Source: Candidatus Niyogibacteria bacterium CG10_big_fil_rev_8_21_14_0_10_42_19
GTDB taxonomy: Bacteria; Patescibacteriota; Minisyncoccia; 1-14-0-10-42-19
Length of the DNA: 52,123 bases
Direction of reading: 5' to 3'
NCBI GenBank assembly: GCA_002774705.1
Contig: PFCN01000033.1
Location: forward strand, 1,277-53,399
Shown: positions 8,299 to 17,969 of the stretch, in pieces
Position numbering within the stretch: the first letter of the stretch is position 1
Layout of the letters: every line of letters starts with the position of its first letter
Notes under the pieces: model-generated
Told to the model about the DNA's origin: nothing
Databases searched by the model: none
What the model saw: only the letters and a program-made list of their open reading frames with translations
Program-made: the position numbers and the translations under genes

Positions 8299-8874
8299 TT
8301 ACGGTCGGGGTTCTGATGGGGATATTCTTATAAAATTGTACGCTTCAGTCGCAATTTTTTTATTTTTTTCTTTCTCTTTAAAACCCTTTTCATCAATAAA
8401 ACGAACGAGGGTTTCGATACCCGCCAGAGCGCTGACTTTTAAAAACGCCGCGACCATTGCCGTGCTAACAATAGGTCTTTGCGCCGTTCCAAGGCCGCAA
8501 CTAAGAGCGATACCGTCGGCATTAATCAAAACCAACCGAAAACCCCGCAGATTCGCGAAATGTTCTTCCGGCTTTTTTGAGTTTATTAAAATAACGCTGC
8601 CCGGTTTTAATCCGTCGGCAATATTTATTATTTCTATCAAAGTCTCATCAAGAACAATGACCATGTCGGGATCAAAAAACTCCCCGCGCTCGCGTATTTT
8701 TTTATCGCTTATTCTGACGAAACCGGCGACCGGCGCGCCTCCGCGCTCGGGTCCAAACTTCATTGCTCCCTGGACATGACTAAATTTCTCTTCGCTAAAA
8801 ACAACCGCGGGCAAAAGTTCGGTAGCGGTCTTAGCACCCTGCCTTCCTCTTCCATGGATCCTGATCTTTATCAT
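8299..8874 (-). CDS. Pyruvate/2-oxoacid:ferredoxin oxidoreductase gamma subunit
   Basis: MIKIRIHGRGRQGAKTA... is a typical PorG N-terminus. The ATG at 8874 was chosen because AGGAGGG lies about 7 nt upstream. The track ORF extends to 8907. Confidence 0.8.
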   Translation of the reverse strand: MIKIRIHGRGRQGAKTATELLPAVVFSEEKFSHVQGAMKFGPERGGAPVAGFVRISDKKIRERGEFFDPDMVIVLDETLIEIINIADGLKPGSVILINSKKPEEHFANLRGFRLVLINADGIALSCGLGTAQRPIVSTAMVAAFLKVSALAGIETLVRFIDEKGFKEKEKNKKIATEAYNFIRISPSEPRP

Positions 8875-8948
8875 ATAAGAGCCCTCCTGTTTGTTGTCAA
8901 ATATCAAATCGCTCTAATAATATCAATGAAATACCCCAAAATCAAGAG

Positions 8949-8984
8949 AACGCCTCTACGATAATATCGGTGAGGCGTTTTTTT
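8949..8984. terminator. Long hairpin plus T7 run between the Mur ligase gene and porG
   Basis: AACGCCTC...GAGGCGTT encloses an inner palindrome CGATAATATCG. A perfect T-run follows on the plus strand, and a T-rich tail follows on the minus strand, which is the orientation needed for the Mur ligase gene. Confidence 0.5.
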
Positions 8985-9002
8985 GAATAAATAATTTTTC
9001 GA

Positions 9003-10301
9003 CTATTTTTTAATCTTCTCCAGTTCTTTTTTCACCACCGCCCGGTCATCCCAGGGTGTCTTGGTCCCTTTCGGGCCCATTATCCAGGGCTCCGCGCCTT
9101 TGCCGGTGATAACAACGACGTCGCCTTTTTCCGCTAAAGCAATAGCGCGCCTTATCGCCTCCTCGCGAGAAATAATTTTTTTGGGAACAATAAACTGTTT
9201 GTTTGAAGTAAGTGAAAATCCCCCCGCTATGTCGCCCAAAATTTTCGCGGGGTCCTCATCATAAGGGTCTTCATTCGTTAAAATAACCTCATCACATGAT
9301 TGGGCCGCGATCCTGCCCATCTCCGGCCTTTTCCATTTATCACGACCCCCTCCGGCCGCGCCAAGCACGCAAATCATTTTATTTATCTTATGTTCTTCGC
9401 CGGATACGGCTTCATAAACCCTCTGAAGGCCTCCCGGCGTATGCGCGTAATCGACTACAACCAAAAATGGTTCTTTTTGGATGAATTCCATTCTACCCGG
9501 AACCCCGGAAAACGAGTGAAGCGCCTCATTTATTTTATACAGGCCAAGCCCCTCCTCCTCGGCAACTTTCGCGGCAGCCGAAACATTCGCTTTATTAAAA
9601 TCCCCACTCATTGGATTATAATAAGGAAAATTCTTTACGGAAAAAGTTTTTTTAATATCAAAAGGGAAATCAAGAAATAGTTCAAATGAAGGGTCGTCCC
9701 CGTTCACTATCGCGCGCTTTTTTATCACATATCCTTTTATTTTTTTTGACCTGCCGGCCGAAGTATGCCGGAAAAATTCCAATTTGGCGTTCCTATATTT
9801 TTCAAAACCCCCGTGCGCTTCAATGTGTTCGGGAGCGATATTGGTAAAAACCGCGTAATCAAAATTAATCCCGCAATTGCGCGACTGCAACACGCCCTGC
9901 GAGGTAACTTCAATGACGATATGAGTCGCCCCGCGCAACAGGGCTTTTTTGATAAACTTCTGAAGGCGAAAACGGCCGGGCATTGTCATTTTAAGATCGT
10001 TTTTTTCGCAATCTTCACCGATACAAAAATTAAGAGACGACGCGGAAGCCGTCAAAATTCCGTTCTTATTAAATATGTGCCTTATCAGCTCAACCACCGT
10101 GGTCTTACCGGTCGTTCCGGTAACACCTATAACTATAAGTTTTCTTGAAGGCAAGCCGTAAATTAAAGAGGCGACAAGCGCCAAAAAATAATGATAAGCC
10201 GGCTCGAATAATTTAAAAAGCGGAGCCGGAATAAAGCTCTTTATTAAACTTTTTATTTTCCCGGAAAATGATCCGCGAACCATGTTATTTTGTTCGTTCA
10301 T
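9003..10301 (-). CDS. Mur ligase family protein (MurE/MurF-like UDP-N-acetylmuramyl peptide synthase) with an N-terminal hydrophobic segment
   Basis: P-loop IGVTGTTGKTT, central Mur ligase domain and C-terminal domain (DYAHTP...). The canonical MurE N-terminal domain appears to be missing. The start overlaps the ruvA stop (ATGA). Confidence 0.65.
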   Translation of the reverse strand: MNEQNNMVRGSFSGKIKSLIKSFIPAPLFKLFEPAYHYFLALVASLIYGLPSRKLIVIGVTGTTGKTTVVELIRHIFNKNGILTASASSLNFCIGEDCEKNDLKMTMPGRFRLQKFIKKALLRGATHIVIEVTSQGVLQSRNCGINFDYAVFTNIAPEHIEAHGGFEKYRNAKLEFFRHTSAGRSKKIKGYVIKKRAIVNGDDPSFELFLDFPFDIKKTFSVKNFPYYNPMSGDFNKANVSAAAKVAEEEGLGLYKINEALHSFSGVPGRMEFIQKEPFLVVVDYAHTPGGLQRVYEAVSGEEHKINKMICVLGAAGGGRDKWKRPEMGRIAAQSCDEVILTNEDPYDEDPAKILGDIAGGFSLTSNKQFIVPKKIISREEAIRRAIALAEKGDVVVITGKGAEPWIMGPKGTKTPWDDRAVVKKELEKIKK

Positions 10302-10873
10302 TTCGGCGACCCTAAGATTTTTAACGCTGCTTTTATGCGCCGGTCAATGCCACCGGCATCCTCGGGTATCTTGTTTAAAGCTTCGCGAGATTCCCGTAAT
10401 GAATAGCCGAGGCCGCGCAACGCTTCCAAAACATCTTCTTCGTCTTTAAAATGCCCGGTCACGGTTTCCGTCTTGCGGAGCTTCTCTTTTAACTCAAATA
10501 TAACCTTCTCGGCAGTCTTACGACCTACGCCCGAAACCTTGGTTAAATAAGCGGTCTCACCCGAAGCTATCGCCTGCTTTAAAATATTCAAAGGCGCGAC
10601 ACCCATAATACCTAAAGCGGATCTGGGGCCAATACCCGATATTCCGATCAATGTTTCAAAAAATCCGACTTCTTCCACGTCGGCAAATCCATAAAGCTCA
10701 ATGGCATCTTCCCGCTGATAAAGAGTTGTGAAAATCTTGATTTTGCCGTCTTTTTCTGGTAAATTTTTAATCGTCTCTCTGTTTATAAAAACCTTATAAC
10801 CAACGCCGGAGACATCAACTATAATGTAACCGGGAGCGCGCGCGGCTATTTTCCCATCCAAAAAAGATATCAT
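10298..10873 (-). CDS. ruvA: Holliday junction branch migration complex subunit RuvA
   Basis: MISFLDGKI....VDVSGVGYKV N-terminus, HhH motifs (GIGPRSA, VSGVGRKTAEK), C-terminal domain III. Confidence 0.9.
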   Translation of the reverse strand: MISFLDGKIAARAPGYIIVDVSGVGYKVFINRETIKNLPEKDGKIKIFTTLYQREDAIELYGFADVEEVGFFETLIGISGIGPRSALGIMGVAPLNILKQAIASGETAYLTKVSGVGRKTAEKVIFELKEKLRKTETVTGHFKDEEDVLEALRGLGYSLRESREALNKIPEDAGGIDRRIKAALKILGSPK

Positions 10874-11007
10874 AATAATAAAATAGCATTTTTATGCTTA
10901 TAAGAGGAGGCGCAAAAATCATAATGTCGATAATAACGCGAAAAAAATGAAAATTATTTAAAATATAAAAATAATATCTTAATCATTAAAATTACATAAA
11001 AACAAAA

Positions 11008-12966
11008 ATGGATTTTCGACTTAAAACAGAATACCTGCCGTCCGGCGACCAGCCTCAAGCGATCAAGAAAATCGTCGATAATATTAACGCGTCAGTAAAA
11101 TACCAAACCCTTCTGGGCATTACCGGGTCCGGAAAAACTTTCACCATGGCCAGCGTCATCGAAAAAACACAAAGGCCGGCGCTTATCATCTCTCACAACA
11201 AAACTCTCGCCGCCCAACTTTATCAGGAATTCAAAGAATTTTTCCCGGAAAATTCCATCCATTATTTTGTCTCTTACTACGATTATTACCAGCCGGAGGC
11301 CTATCTGCCGTCATCGGATACTTATATAGAAAAAGATTCAAAAATAAATAATTTTATCGACCAGTTGCGCCACGCCTCGACCCAAGCGGCGCTCACGCGA
11401 AATGATCTTATTATCGTCGCGTCCGTCTCATGCATCTACGGAATAGGCGATCCGCGCGAGTATGAAAATATGGCCTTTAAAATAAAAACCGGCCAAACGG
11501 TCAAACGCCAAGACCTGCTCCAAAACCTCGTTCTCCTTCAATATGAAAGAAATGATATCGAAAGCCCTCATGGGACTTTTGCGGTAAAAGGAGAAACAGT
11601 GGACATCGTCTCCCCTGACGGAGACACAATAATAAGAATAGGATTTTACGCGGATGTCATTGAATCGATCACCGAATTAAAAAATACGATTGAACATGAA
11701 ACAAAAAATAAGGTTGGGCAGATCAAAATATTCCCGGCAAAACATTTTGTCTCTCCGAAAGAAAAACAGACGGATGCCGTCAAAAACATAAAATTTGAAC
11801 TTAAAGAACGCCTCCGAGAATTAAAAAAAGCAGGCAAACTTCTCGAAGCCCAGCGCCTTGAACAAAAAACCGATTTTGACATGGAAATGCTCGAGAAGAC
11901 CGGGTACGTGAACGGTATCGAAAATTATTCACGGCATCTTTCTTTTAGAGAACCCGGTAGCCCGCCTTTCACGCTTCTCGATTATCTCCCGAAAAACACG
12001 ATTATCTTTATAGATGAATCCCACATGACCATACCGCAAATAAGAGGGATGCACGCGGGGGATCGATCTAGAAAACAAACCCTCGTTGACTACGGATTCC
12101 GCCTTCCTTCGGCCCTTGATAACCGGCCTCTTAAATTTGAGGAGTTCGAAAATAAAATATCAAGCGCGGTCTTTGTTTCGGCCACTCCGTCAAATTTTGA
12201 ATTTGAAGCATCAGGAGGCCAAGTCACCGAACAACTTATCCGCCCCACAGGCCTGCTTGATCCGCGAATAGAGATACGGCCCGCCAAAGATCAGATTAAA
12301 GATATTATCGGCGAAATCAAAAAAAGTGCCATGAAAAAAGAAAGGGTTCTTCTTACCACTCTCACCAAACGATTAGCCGAAGAAATAACCGACCATCTGA
12401 TAAAACACGACATCAAAGCCGAATACGTCCATTCGGAAATAAAAACCATTGAACGCTCAAAGACCCTAAAAAGACTCCGCGAAGGAGATTTTGACGTACT
12501 GGTAGGAATAAATCTTTTAAGAGAAGGGCTCGATCTTCCCGAGGTGGGCCTTGTTCTTATCTTAGATGCCGATAAAGAAGGTTTTTTGAGAAATAAAATA
12601 TCTTTTATACAAACCATAGGACGCGCGGCTCGGAATCCAAACGGAAGAGCGATACTTTACGCCGATATTTACACCCGCTCTATCAAAGAAGCGGTCGAGG
12701 AAACCGAACGGAGACGAAAGATACAAATAAAATATAACCAAAAAAATAATATCATTCCTAAGCCGGTCAAAAAAGAAATAAGAAAGCCCTTTTGGATCGA
12801 AGAAAAAAAAGAAAAAGCCCCGGTTATGCTGAAAAATCTTTTCCGAGAGTTGGGCGGATGGGATAAGGTGAAAGACGAGCTTGAGCGCCAAATGCTGGAA
12901 TGCGCCGACGATCTTGAGTTCGAGAAAGCGGCAAGACTAAGAGATATAATAAAGACTATCCAATAA
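11008..12966 (+). CDS. uvrB: Excinuclease ABC subunit B
   Basis: GDQPQAI, GITGSGKTFT, helicase motifs, and a C-terminal UVR domain (LEFEKAARLRD). Confidence 0.95.
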   Translation: MDFRLKTEYLPSGDQPQAIKKIVDNINASVKYQTLLGITGSGKTFTMASVIEKTQRPALIISHNKTLAAQLYQEFKEFFPENSIHYFVSYYDYYQPEAYLPSSDTYIEKDSKINNFIDQLRHASTQAALTRNDLIIVASVSCIYGIGDPREYENMAFKIKTGQTVKRQDLLQNLVLLQYERNDIESPHGTFAVKGETVDIVSPDGDTIIRIGFYADVIESITELKNTIEHETKNKVGQIKIFPAKHFVSPKEKQTDAVKNIKFELKERLRELKKAGKLLEAQRLEQKTDFDMEMLEKTGYVNGIENYSRHLSFREPGSPPFTLLDYLPKNTIIFIDESHMTIPQIRGMHAGDRSRKQTLVDYGFRLPSALDNRPLKFEEFENKISSAVFVSATPSNFEFEASGGQVTEQLIRPTGLLDPRIEIRPAKDQIKDIIGEIKKSAMKKERVLLTTLTKRLAEEITDHLIKHDIKAEYVHSEIKTIERSKTLKRLREGDFDVLVGINLLREGLDLPEVGLVLILDADKEGFLRNKISFIQTIGRAARNPNGRAILYADIYTRSIKEAVEETERRRKIQIKYNQKNNIIPKPVKKEIRKPFWIEEKKEKAPVMLKNLFRELGGWDKVKDELERQMLECADDLEFEKAARLRDIIKTIQ

Positions 12967-12999
12967 AAAAACGCTCCGGTCGCGCCGAAACGTTTTTTT
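12965..12999. terminator. A-run/hairpin/T-run between the convergent uvrB and surface-protein genes (bidirectional terminator candidate)
   Basis: AAAAAAACG...CGTTTTTTT flanks an imperfect GC core (CGG-TCGCG-CCG). Confidence 0.5.
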
Positions 13000-13002
13000 C
13001 AT

Positions 13003-14007
13003 TTATTCTTCTTTTTCTTTTTCCTTTTTTGTTTCATCTCGCTCACCCACAACAACCGCCGAACCGAATGCAGGCGCCTCCTCTCTGTCCATCTGATCTC
13101 TATCTCTTTGGGTTCTAACTATGCAATATATCAGCGCTATAAGGTTTCCTATGAGAAAAAGAACTAAAAGCGTGGTTAAGAAAGGGCTTCTTCCAGAGAC
13201 TCCTCCGGCGATAAGACCGCTCCTATTACCCGCTGTTTCGTCTTCATCTTTAAATAGACTTTCGTCATCAAGCAAGTCTTCATTATCCGCATCATTTAAC
13301 GCCCCCGTCCCGCCTCCATTCGAAGAATTATTGCTATTGGAAACCGTAATATTACAGATCGCAAAATCAGAATTGCCGGAGGCATCAGTAATCGTAACCT
13401 TGGCTTCCTTAAAACCGATAGAAGTAAAAGTTTTTGTTATTTGTGAGGTGTTACCGGTCACATCCCCAGACCATGAAAATTTATAAGGTTTAACCCCTCT
13501 TGAACCGGCTGAGGCAAAAGAAACGCTCTCACCAACCTTAACCGAGGTTTTACCAACCGCGCATCCGGCGGTGAGAAATCCATCAAACGTAGTGTCGAGA
13601 CTCGGAGATGGAGTTGGTGCGGGAGTTGGTGTGGGAGAAGGCGACGGCGAAGGACTACCCGCGCTTGTTACTTCAATCCTCGCTTCATCGGAAAAAATTT
13701 CTTGATTGCCCTTATTACTTGGGATACAGGTTATAAAATATGTAGTAGTTCTCTCGGGGAGAACGTTCGCCCTTCCTTTCCAGCCGTAATGCGTAACTTT
13801 AAGGGAAGAATCACCCGGAATTAAAGTAATATCGCAGGTTGCATAACCCGGCGCAAACCAAGCTAAAAGAGCCTTTTGTCCTTTTTCAATGGTTGAGGGG
13901 CTCGCGACAAAACTTTGAGCATTTGAAAAATTAGGAATAAGCCAAAATACTCCTGCGAATAACAGGGTCATAAAAACTACTGATTTTATGTGTATTTTTA
14001 ACTTCAT
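13003..14007 (-). CDS. Surface/secreted protein with an N-terminal signal anchor, Pro/Ser/Thr linker, PKD-like domain and C-terminal TM anchor
   Basis: N-terminal hydrophobic helix, SPSPSPSPTPTPAPTPSPS linker, PYKFSWSGDVTGN (PKD-like), C-terminal TM helix plus a charged tail. Confidence 0.6.
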   Translation of the reverse strand: MKLKIHIKSVVFMTLLFAGVFWLIPNFSNAQSFVASPSTIEKGQKALLAWFAPGYATCDITLIPGDSSLKVTHYGWKGRANVLPERTTTYFITCIPSNKGNQEIFSDEARIEVTSAGSPSPSPSPTPTPAPTPSPSLDTTFDGFLTAGCAVGKTSVKVGESVSFASAGSRGVKPYKFSWSGDVTGNTSQITKTFTSIGFKEAKVTITDASGNSDFAICNITVSNSNNSSNGGGTGALNDADNEDLLDDESLFKDEDETAGNRSGLIAGGVSGRSPFLTTLLVLFLIGNLIALIYCIVRTQRDRDQMDREEAPAFGSAVVVGERDETKKEKEKEE

Positions 14008-14111
14008 AATTCCTTAATATTTATTTATTGTGCAATTATATACCTAAAATAGGTTTTTGTCAATATAGTAAAAACCTTAATAAAAAACTCTAAAAAATTT
14101 TATATCTGCCT

Positions 14112-16670
14112 CTAATAATTACAAGAACCGTTTATACAAAAATTTATTTCTTTTTCCAAAGTAGCAAAATTCCCGATAGTATCATACGCCTTAACCAAAA
14201 GGCGGGAGGTGTCCTTCACGTCTTCTAAAGAAGACGCATCAGCAGTAAAACGATAAGGTGCCTCACGAAGCGTCCCTAAAAACTGGCCATTAAAAAATAT
14301 GTCGATCTGTTTTATAGGATATTTTCCCGTAGCGTTAATGGTAAAGTTCAAGGACCCGTCCGCGGTCAGGCGGTCGGGGGGAGGCACCGAAAACGACAGT
14401 TGCGGTTTATATTCGGGCAGATGCACATTATCATACTCCTTCGGGATATCATCCATCGTCTGGTCTTTGATCAATTGGCGCGCGGCCCAAGCGCGTACCG
14501 GCGTTTCCCATAAATTAAATTGGGGGTCATTTGCGGGATTTGAAGGAATTTCTCCATTAGGGTCATTTTTATCAAGCCAGTACAAAATAGAATGAGGCTC
14601 GGTCAAAACTTTTTCTTTCCTAAATTCTTCCGGCGTATTTTCGGTCGCGAGCTTCCCCGAATAACTATCAATATAATAAATCCTCGATCCCCGCCACTCT
14701 CCTTTTAACACCGGCTTTGATACCGCCAAAGGAGTCGGCTGATCGAAATTTTCAATCGGAAGTATCTTAAAAACTTCCTGCATATAGGCGTTCCATAAAG
14801 GAGCCGCGATAAATCCCGCCACTTTCTTTTCCATCTCGGAATTATCGTTATTACCGAACCAGACGCCTAACGCGAAATTCGGCATATACCCGATCACCCA
14901 GGCATCGCGATAGTCGTTGGTCGTACCGGTCTTAACCGCTACCTGCCTGTCGGGGAAATAAAGATAAGATCTTTCACCGAAAGCGGGCGCGCGCGCTTCG
15001 TTATCGGAAAGTATACTGGTGATGGATCTGGCAATATTTTCATCAAGAACTTTCCGGGACTCGGGTTTATATTCTTCTAAAACCACGCCATCGGAGTCTT
15101 CGATCTTTAAGATCGAGGTCGGCGTGTTTCTTACCCCGTTATTCGCAAAAACCGAATACGCTCCGGTAAGCTCAAGAAGCTTTACCTCGCCTCCTCCGAG
15201 CACCAGAGTAAGCCCATAGCGCGCCGGATCATTCAAAGTAGTGATCCCAATCGATCTTGCTGTTTCAAGCGATTGATTCAAACCGGCAAGATAAAGAACT
15301 TTAACCGCCGGTATGTTTACCGACTGGGCAAGAGCTTCTCTAAAGGTTATCGGACCGCGGAATATATTATCGTAATTTCCGGGGTGATAGCAGTCCGGAC
15401 CGGTATTGGCGGATACAATAGGACTACAGGTCGTATTAAATTCTGTCGCAAGATCGAAAACCACCGTTTCGGGTGTATATCCTTTTTTAAAAGCGGAGGC
15501 ATAAATTATCGGTTTAATGGACGAACCGGGTTGGCGTCCTTTCATATAAGACGTGACATTCACCTGTGGCTCGAACTTACAATTAACTCCAACCGTACAT
15601 CCTTTAGGGAGAGGTTCAAGATTCCAATCGCGCGACCCAACCATAACTAAAATCCCTCCTGTTTTAGGATCTATACCGACCATTCCGGCATTGTAAACAT
15701 TAAATTGGTCTTGTTCTTCGTCCACATATTTTTTGGTCAATTCTTCGGCTTTTTGCTGGAGCTCCCAATTAAGAGAGGTAGTTACTTTAAAACCCTCCGA
15801 TTCAACGGCATCTTCACCATAGCGCTGGAACAACTCCTCCAAAACATACATTACAAAATGCGGGGCCTTGAAACTTTCATCGGCGTGGCTTATAAATTTA
15901 ACCTCTTCAGCCATGGCTTCCTCTGCCTCCTCTTTTGAAATAAATCCAAGTTCATTCATCCTCCTTAAAACCAGGTCTTTGCGCGCGTGTAATTCATCGA
16001 CATGAGAACCATAAGGAGAATAATAGATCGTGGCTTTTGGAATTGATGCGAGATAGGCGGATTCGGCAAGAGTGAGGTCGCGCGCCGGTTTTCCAAAATA
16101 AGTCATACTTGCTTCCTCCACCCCATAACTCAATGCGCCATAAGGTATTTCATTTAAATAAAAATTTAAGACCTCCTCTTTCGAATACACCCGCTCAACA
16201 CGATATGAAAGTACGGCTTCTTTTAGTTTACGGGTATATGTTTTTTCCTTAGTCAAAAGAACATTTTTAACTAGTTGTTGGGTAATAGTGGATCCTCCCT
16301 GCTTCTTGTCACCCGAAATAATATTAACGATCAAAGCCCGCCCGATTGCCTCAAACGAGACACCCGAATGATTATAAAAATTAGAATCTTCGATCGCCAC
16401 GGTCGCGTTTTTTAGATCTCTCGGAATTTCATCAAAAGCAATGACAGTTCTTTTTATCGATCCGTGGACATCATATAAAAGAACGCCTCCGGTCGAGTCG
16501 TATATCTTTGTCGATTGAACGATCTTGCGCTCGCCAAAATGAGAAAGGTCCGGAATATCCATGGTTAGAGCCCAAACCAAAAAAACCCCCGAACCGAAAA
16601 AGAACGAGCCCGCCAAAACCGCCGAAACGATCTTAAGTCTTTTATTTTTTATTATTTTCTTCCGGCGCAT
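14112..16670 (-). CDS. Class A penicillin-binding protein (glycosyltransferase + transpeptidase, PBP1A-like) with a C-terminal extension
   Basis: GT51 motifs (EDSNFYNHSGV, GGSTITQQ). Transpeptidase motifs SSIKP (SxxK) and KTGTTND (KTG). About 200 extra C-terminal residues. Confidence 0.9.
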   Translation of the reverse strand: MRRKKIIKNKRLKIVSAVLAGSFFFGSGVFLVWALTMDIPDLSHFGERKIVQSTKIYDSTGGVLLYDVHGSIKRTVIAFDEIPRDLKNATVAIEDSNFYNHSGVSFEAIGRALIVNIISGDKKQGGSTITQQLVKNVLLTKEKTYTRKLKEAVLSYRVERVYSKEEVLNFYLNEIPYGALSYGVEEASMTYFGKPARDLTLAESAYLASIPKATIYYSPYGSHVDELHARKDLVLRRMNELGFISKEEAEEAMAEEVKFISHADESFKAPHFVMYVLEELFQRYGEDAVESEGFKVTTSLNWELQQKAEELTKKYVDEEQDQFNVYNAGMVGIDPKTGGILVMVGSRDWNLEPLPKGCTVGVNCKFEPQVNVTSYMKGRQPGSSIKPIIYASAFKKGYTPETVVFDLATEFNTTCSPIVSANTGPDCYHPGNYDNIFRGPITFREALAQSVNIPAVKVLYLAGLNQSLETARSIGITTLNDPARYGLTLVLGGGEVKLLELTGAYSVFANNGVRNTPTSILKIEDSDGVVLEEYKPESRKVLDENIARSITSILSDNEARAPAFGERSYLYFPDRQVAVKTGTTNDYRDAWVIGYMPNFALGVWFGNNDNSEMEKKVAGFIAAPLWNAYMQEVFKILPIENFDQPTPLAVSKPVLKGEWRGSRIYYIDSYSGKLATENTPEEFRKEKVLTEPHSILYWLDKNDPNGEIPSNPANDPQFNLWETPVRAWAARQLIKDQTMDDIPKEYDNVHLPEYKPQLSFSVPPPDRLTADGSLNFTINATGKYPIKQIDIFFNGQFLGTLREAPYRFTADASSLEDVKDTSRLLVKAYDTIGNFATLEKEINFCINGSCNY

Positions 16671-16736
16671 TAGATTATTTTACACTAAAAATATGTTATT
16701 TTCAATATCTTGTTTCTATGATAAACTTAAAAACAA

Positions 16737-17933
16737 ATGGTAAAAAAATATCTTAATGAATCCGAAATTTTTATCCGAAACGTTGAAAAAATGATCGGGT
16801 CGGAGGAATTCGAGAAAAAATTGAAAGGACCTAAAAAATTGCGGATAAAATACGGGGTGGATGTTACAGCTCCTTTTTTACACATAGGACACGCCGTAAA
16901 CCTTTGGCTGATGCGCTCTTTCCAGGAAGAAGGGCATAAAGTGGTCTTTCTTATCGGGGATTTTACAACCAAAATCGGGGACCCGACCGGGAAGACGCAG
17001 ACCCGCCCTAAAATTTCGGACGCCGACATCAAAAAGGGAACGAAAGAATTCATAAAACAAGTTTCAAAAATATTACTTACCGATAAAAAAGTTTTTGAGG
17101 TTAGAAAAAACTCCGAATGGTTCTCGCGCATGAAGCCGGCCCAATTCATTGAGCTTTTTTCGAACATAACCCATGCCCAAATAATACAACGCGACATGTT
17201 CCAGGAAAGGATAAAAAAAGGAGACGAGATATATATCCATGAAATGCTCTACCCCATCTTCCAGGGTTATGATTCGGTGATGATAAGGTCGGACGCGACC
17301 ATAATCGGATCGGACCAGCTTTTTAACGAAATGATGGGACGAAACCTCCAAAAAATATTCGGACAAGACCCCCAAACCATCATAACAACAAAGATCACTC
17401 CGGGCATTCACGGCGGACCAAAACAATCAAAAAGTCTCGATAATTACGTCGCGATAGAAGACAGCGCTGAGAATAAATTCGGAAAAATAATGAGCCTCCC
17501 CGATGATCTAATCATCCAATATCTTGAGACCTACACCACAATGCCTTCGGCCGAAATAGAAAAAAACAAAAAAGAACTGGAAGATAAAAAAATAAACCCT
17601 ATGTCCGTAAAAAAAGAATTGGCCCGGGAAATAATAAAACGTTACCACAGTAAAAAAGAAGTTTTGAAAGCCGAGGAGTTTTTTAAAAAAACCTTCCAGG
17701 AAAAAAAACTTCCCCAAGAAACTCCTTCAAAAAAAATAGACTCGAGTAAACCGATAATATACGTTTTACATGAGATAGGACTCACCCGGTCGATTTCGGA
17801 CTCAAGGAGGCTGATCAATTCCGGAGCGGTTGAGTTTGAAGGAGAAATAATAAAAGATCCCCGCCATAAATTAATAACTCAAGGCGTCCTGCGTGTCGGC
17901 AAAAAGAAATTCGTAAAAATAATACCCAAATAA
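16737..17933 (+). CDS. tyrS: Tyrosine--tRNA ligase
   Basis: HIGH motif (LHIGHAV), GDPTGK, KMSKS-like KQSKS, and a C-terminal S4-like domain (SDSRRLINSGAV). Confidence 0.85.
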   Translation: MVKKYLNESEIFIRNVEKMIGSEEFEKKLKGPKKLRIKYGVDVTAPFLHIGHAVNLWLMRSFQEEGHKVVFLIGDFTTKIGDPTGKTQTRPKISDADIKKGTKEFIKQVSKILLTDKKVFEVRKNSEWFSRMKPAQFIELFSNITHAQIIQRDMFQERIKKGDEIYIHEMLYPIFQGYDSVMIRSDATIIGSDQLFNEMMGRNLQKIFGQDPQTIITTKITPGIHGGPKQSKSLDNYVAIEDSAENKFGKIMSLPDDLIIQYLETYTTMPSAEIEKNKKELEDKKINPMSVKKELAREIIKRYHSKKEVLKAEEFFKKTFQEKKLPQETPSKKIDSSKPIIYVLHEIGLTRSISDSRRLINSGAVEFEGEIIKDPRHKLITQGVLRVGKKKFVKIIPK

Positions 17934-17934
17934 C

Positions 17935-17961
17935 AAAAACTCCGCGTGGCGCGGAGTTTTT
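17935..17961. terminator. Bidirectional rho-independent terminator (tyrS / small acidic ORF)
   Basis: AAAAACTCCGCG-TGG-CGCGGAGTTTTT. T-runs follow the stem on both strands. Confidence 0.85.
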
Positions 17962-17969
17962 GTTATTAA

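Noticed and set aside
16671-16736. A T-box leader upstream of tyrS.
   Set aside because: The upstream spacer is only ~66 nt and contains no T-box sequence or specifier/antiterminator architecture.
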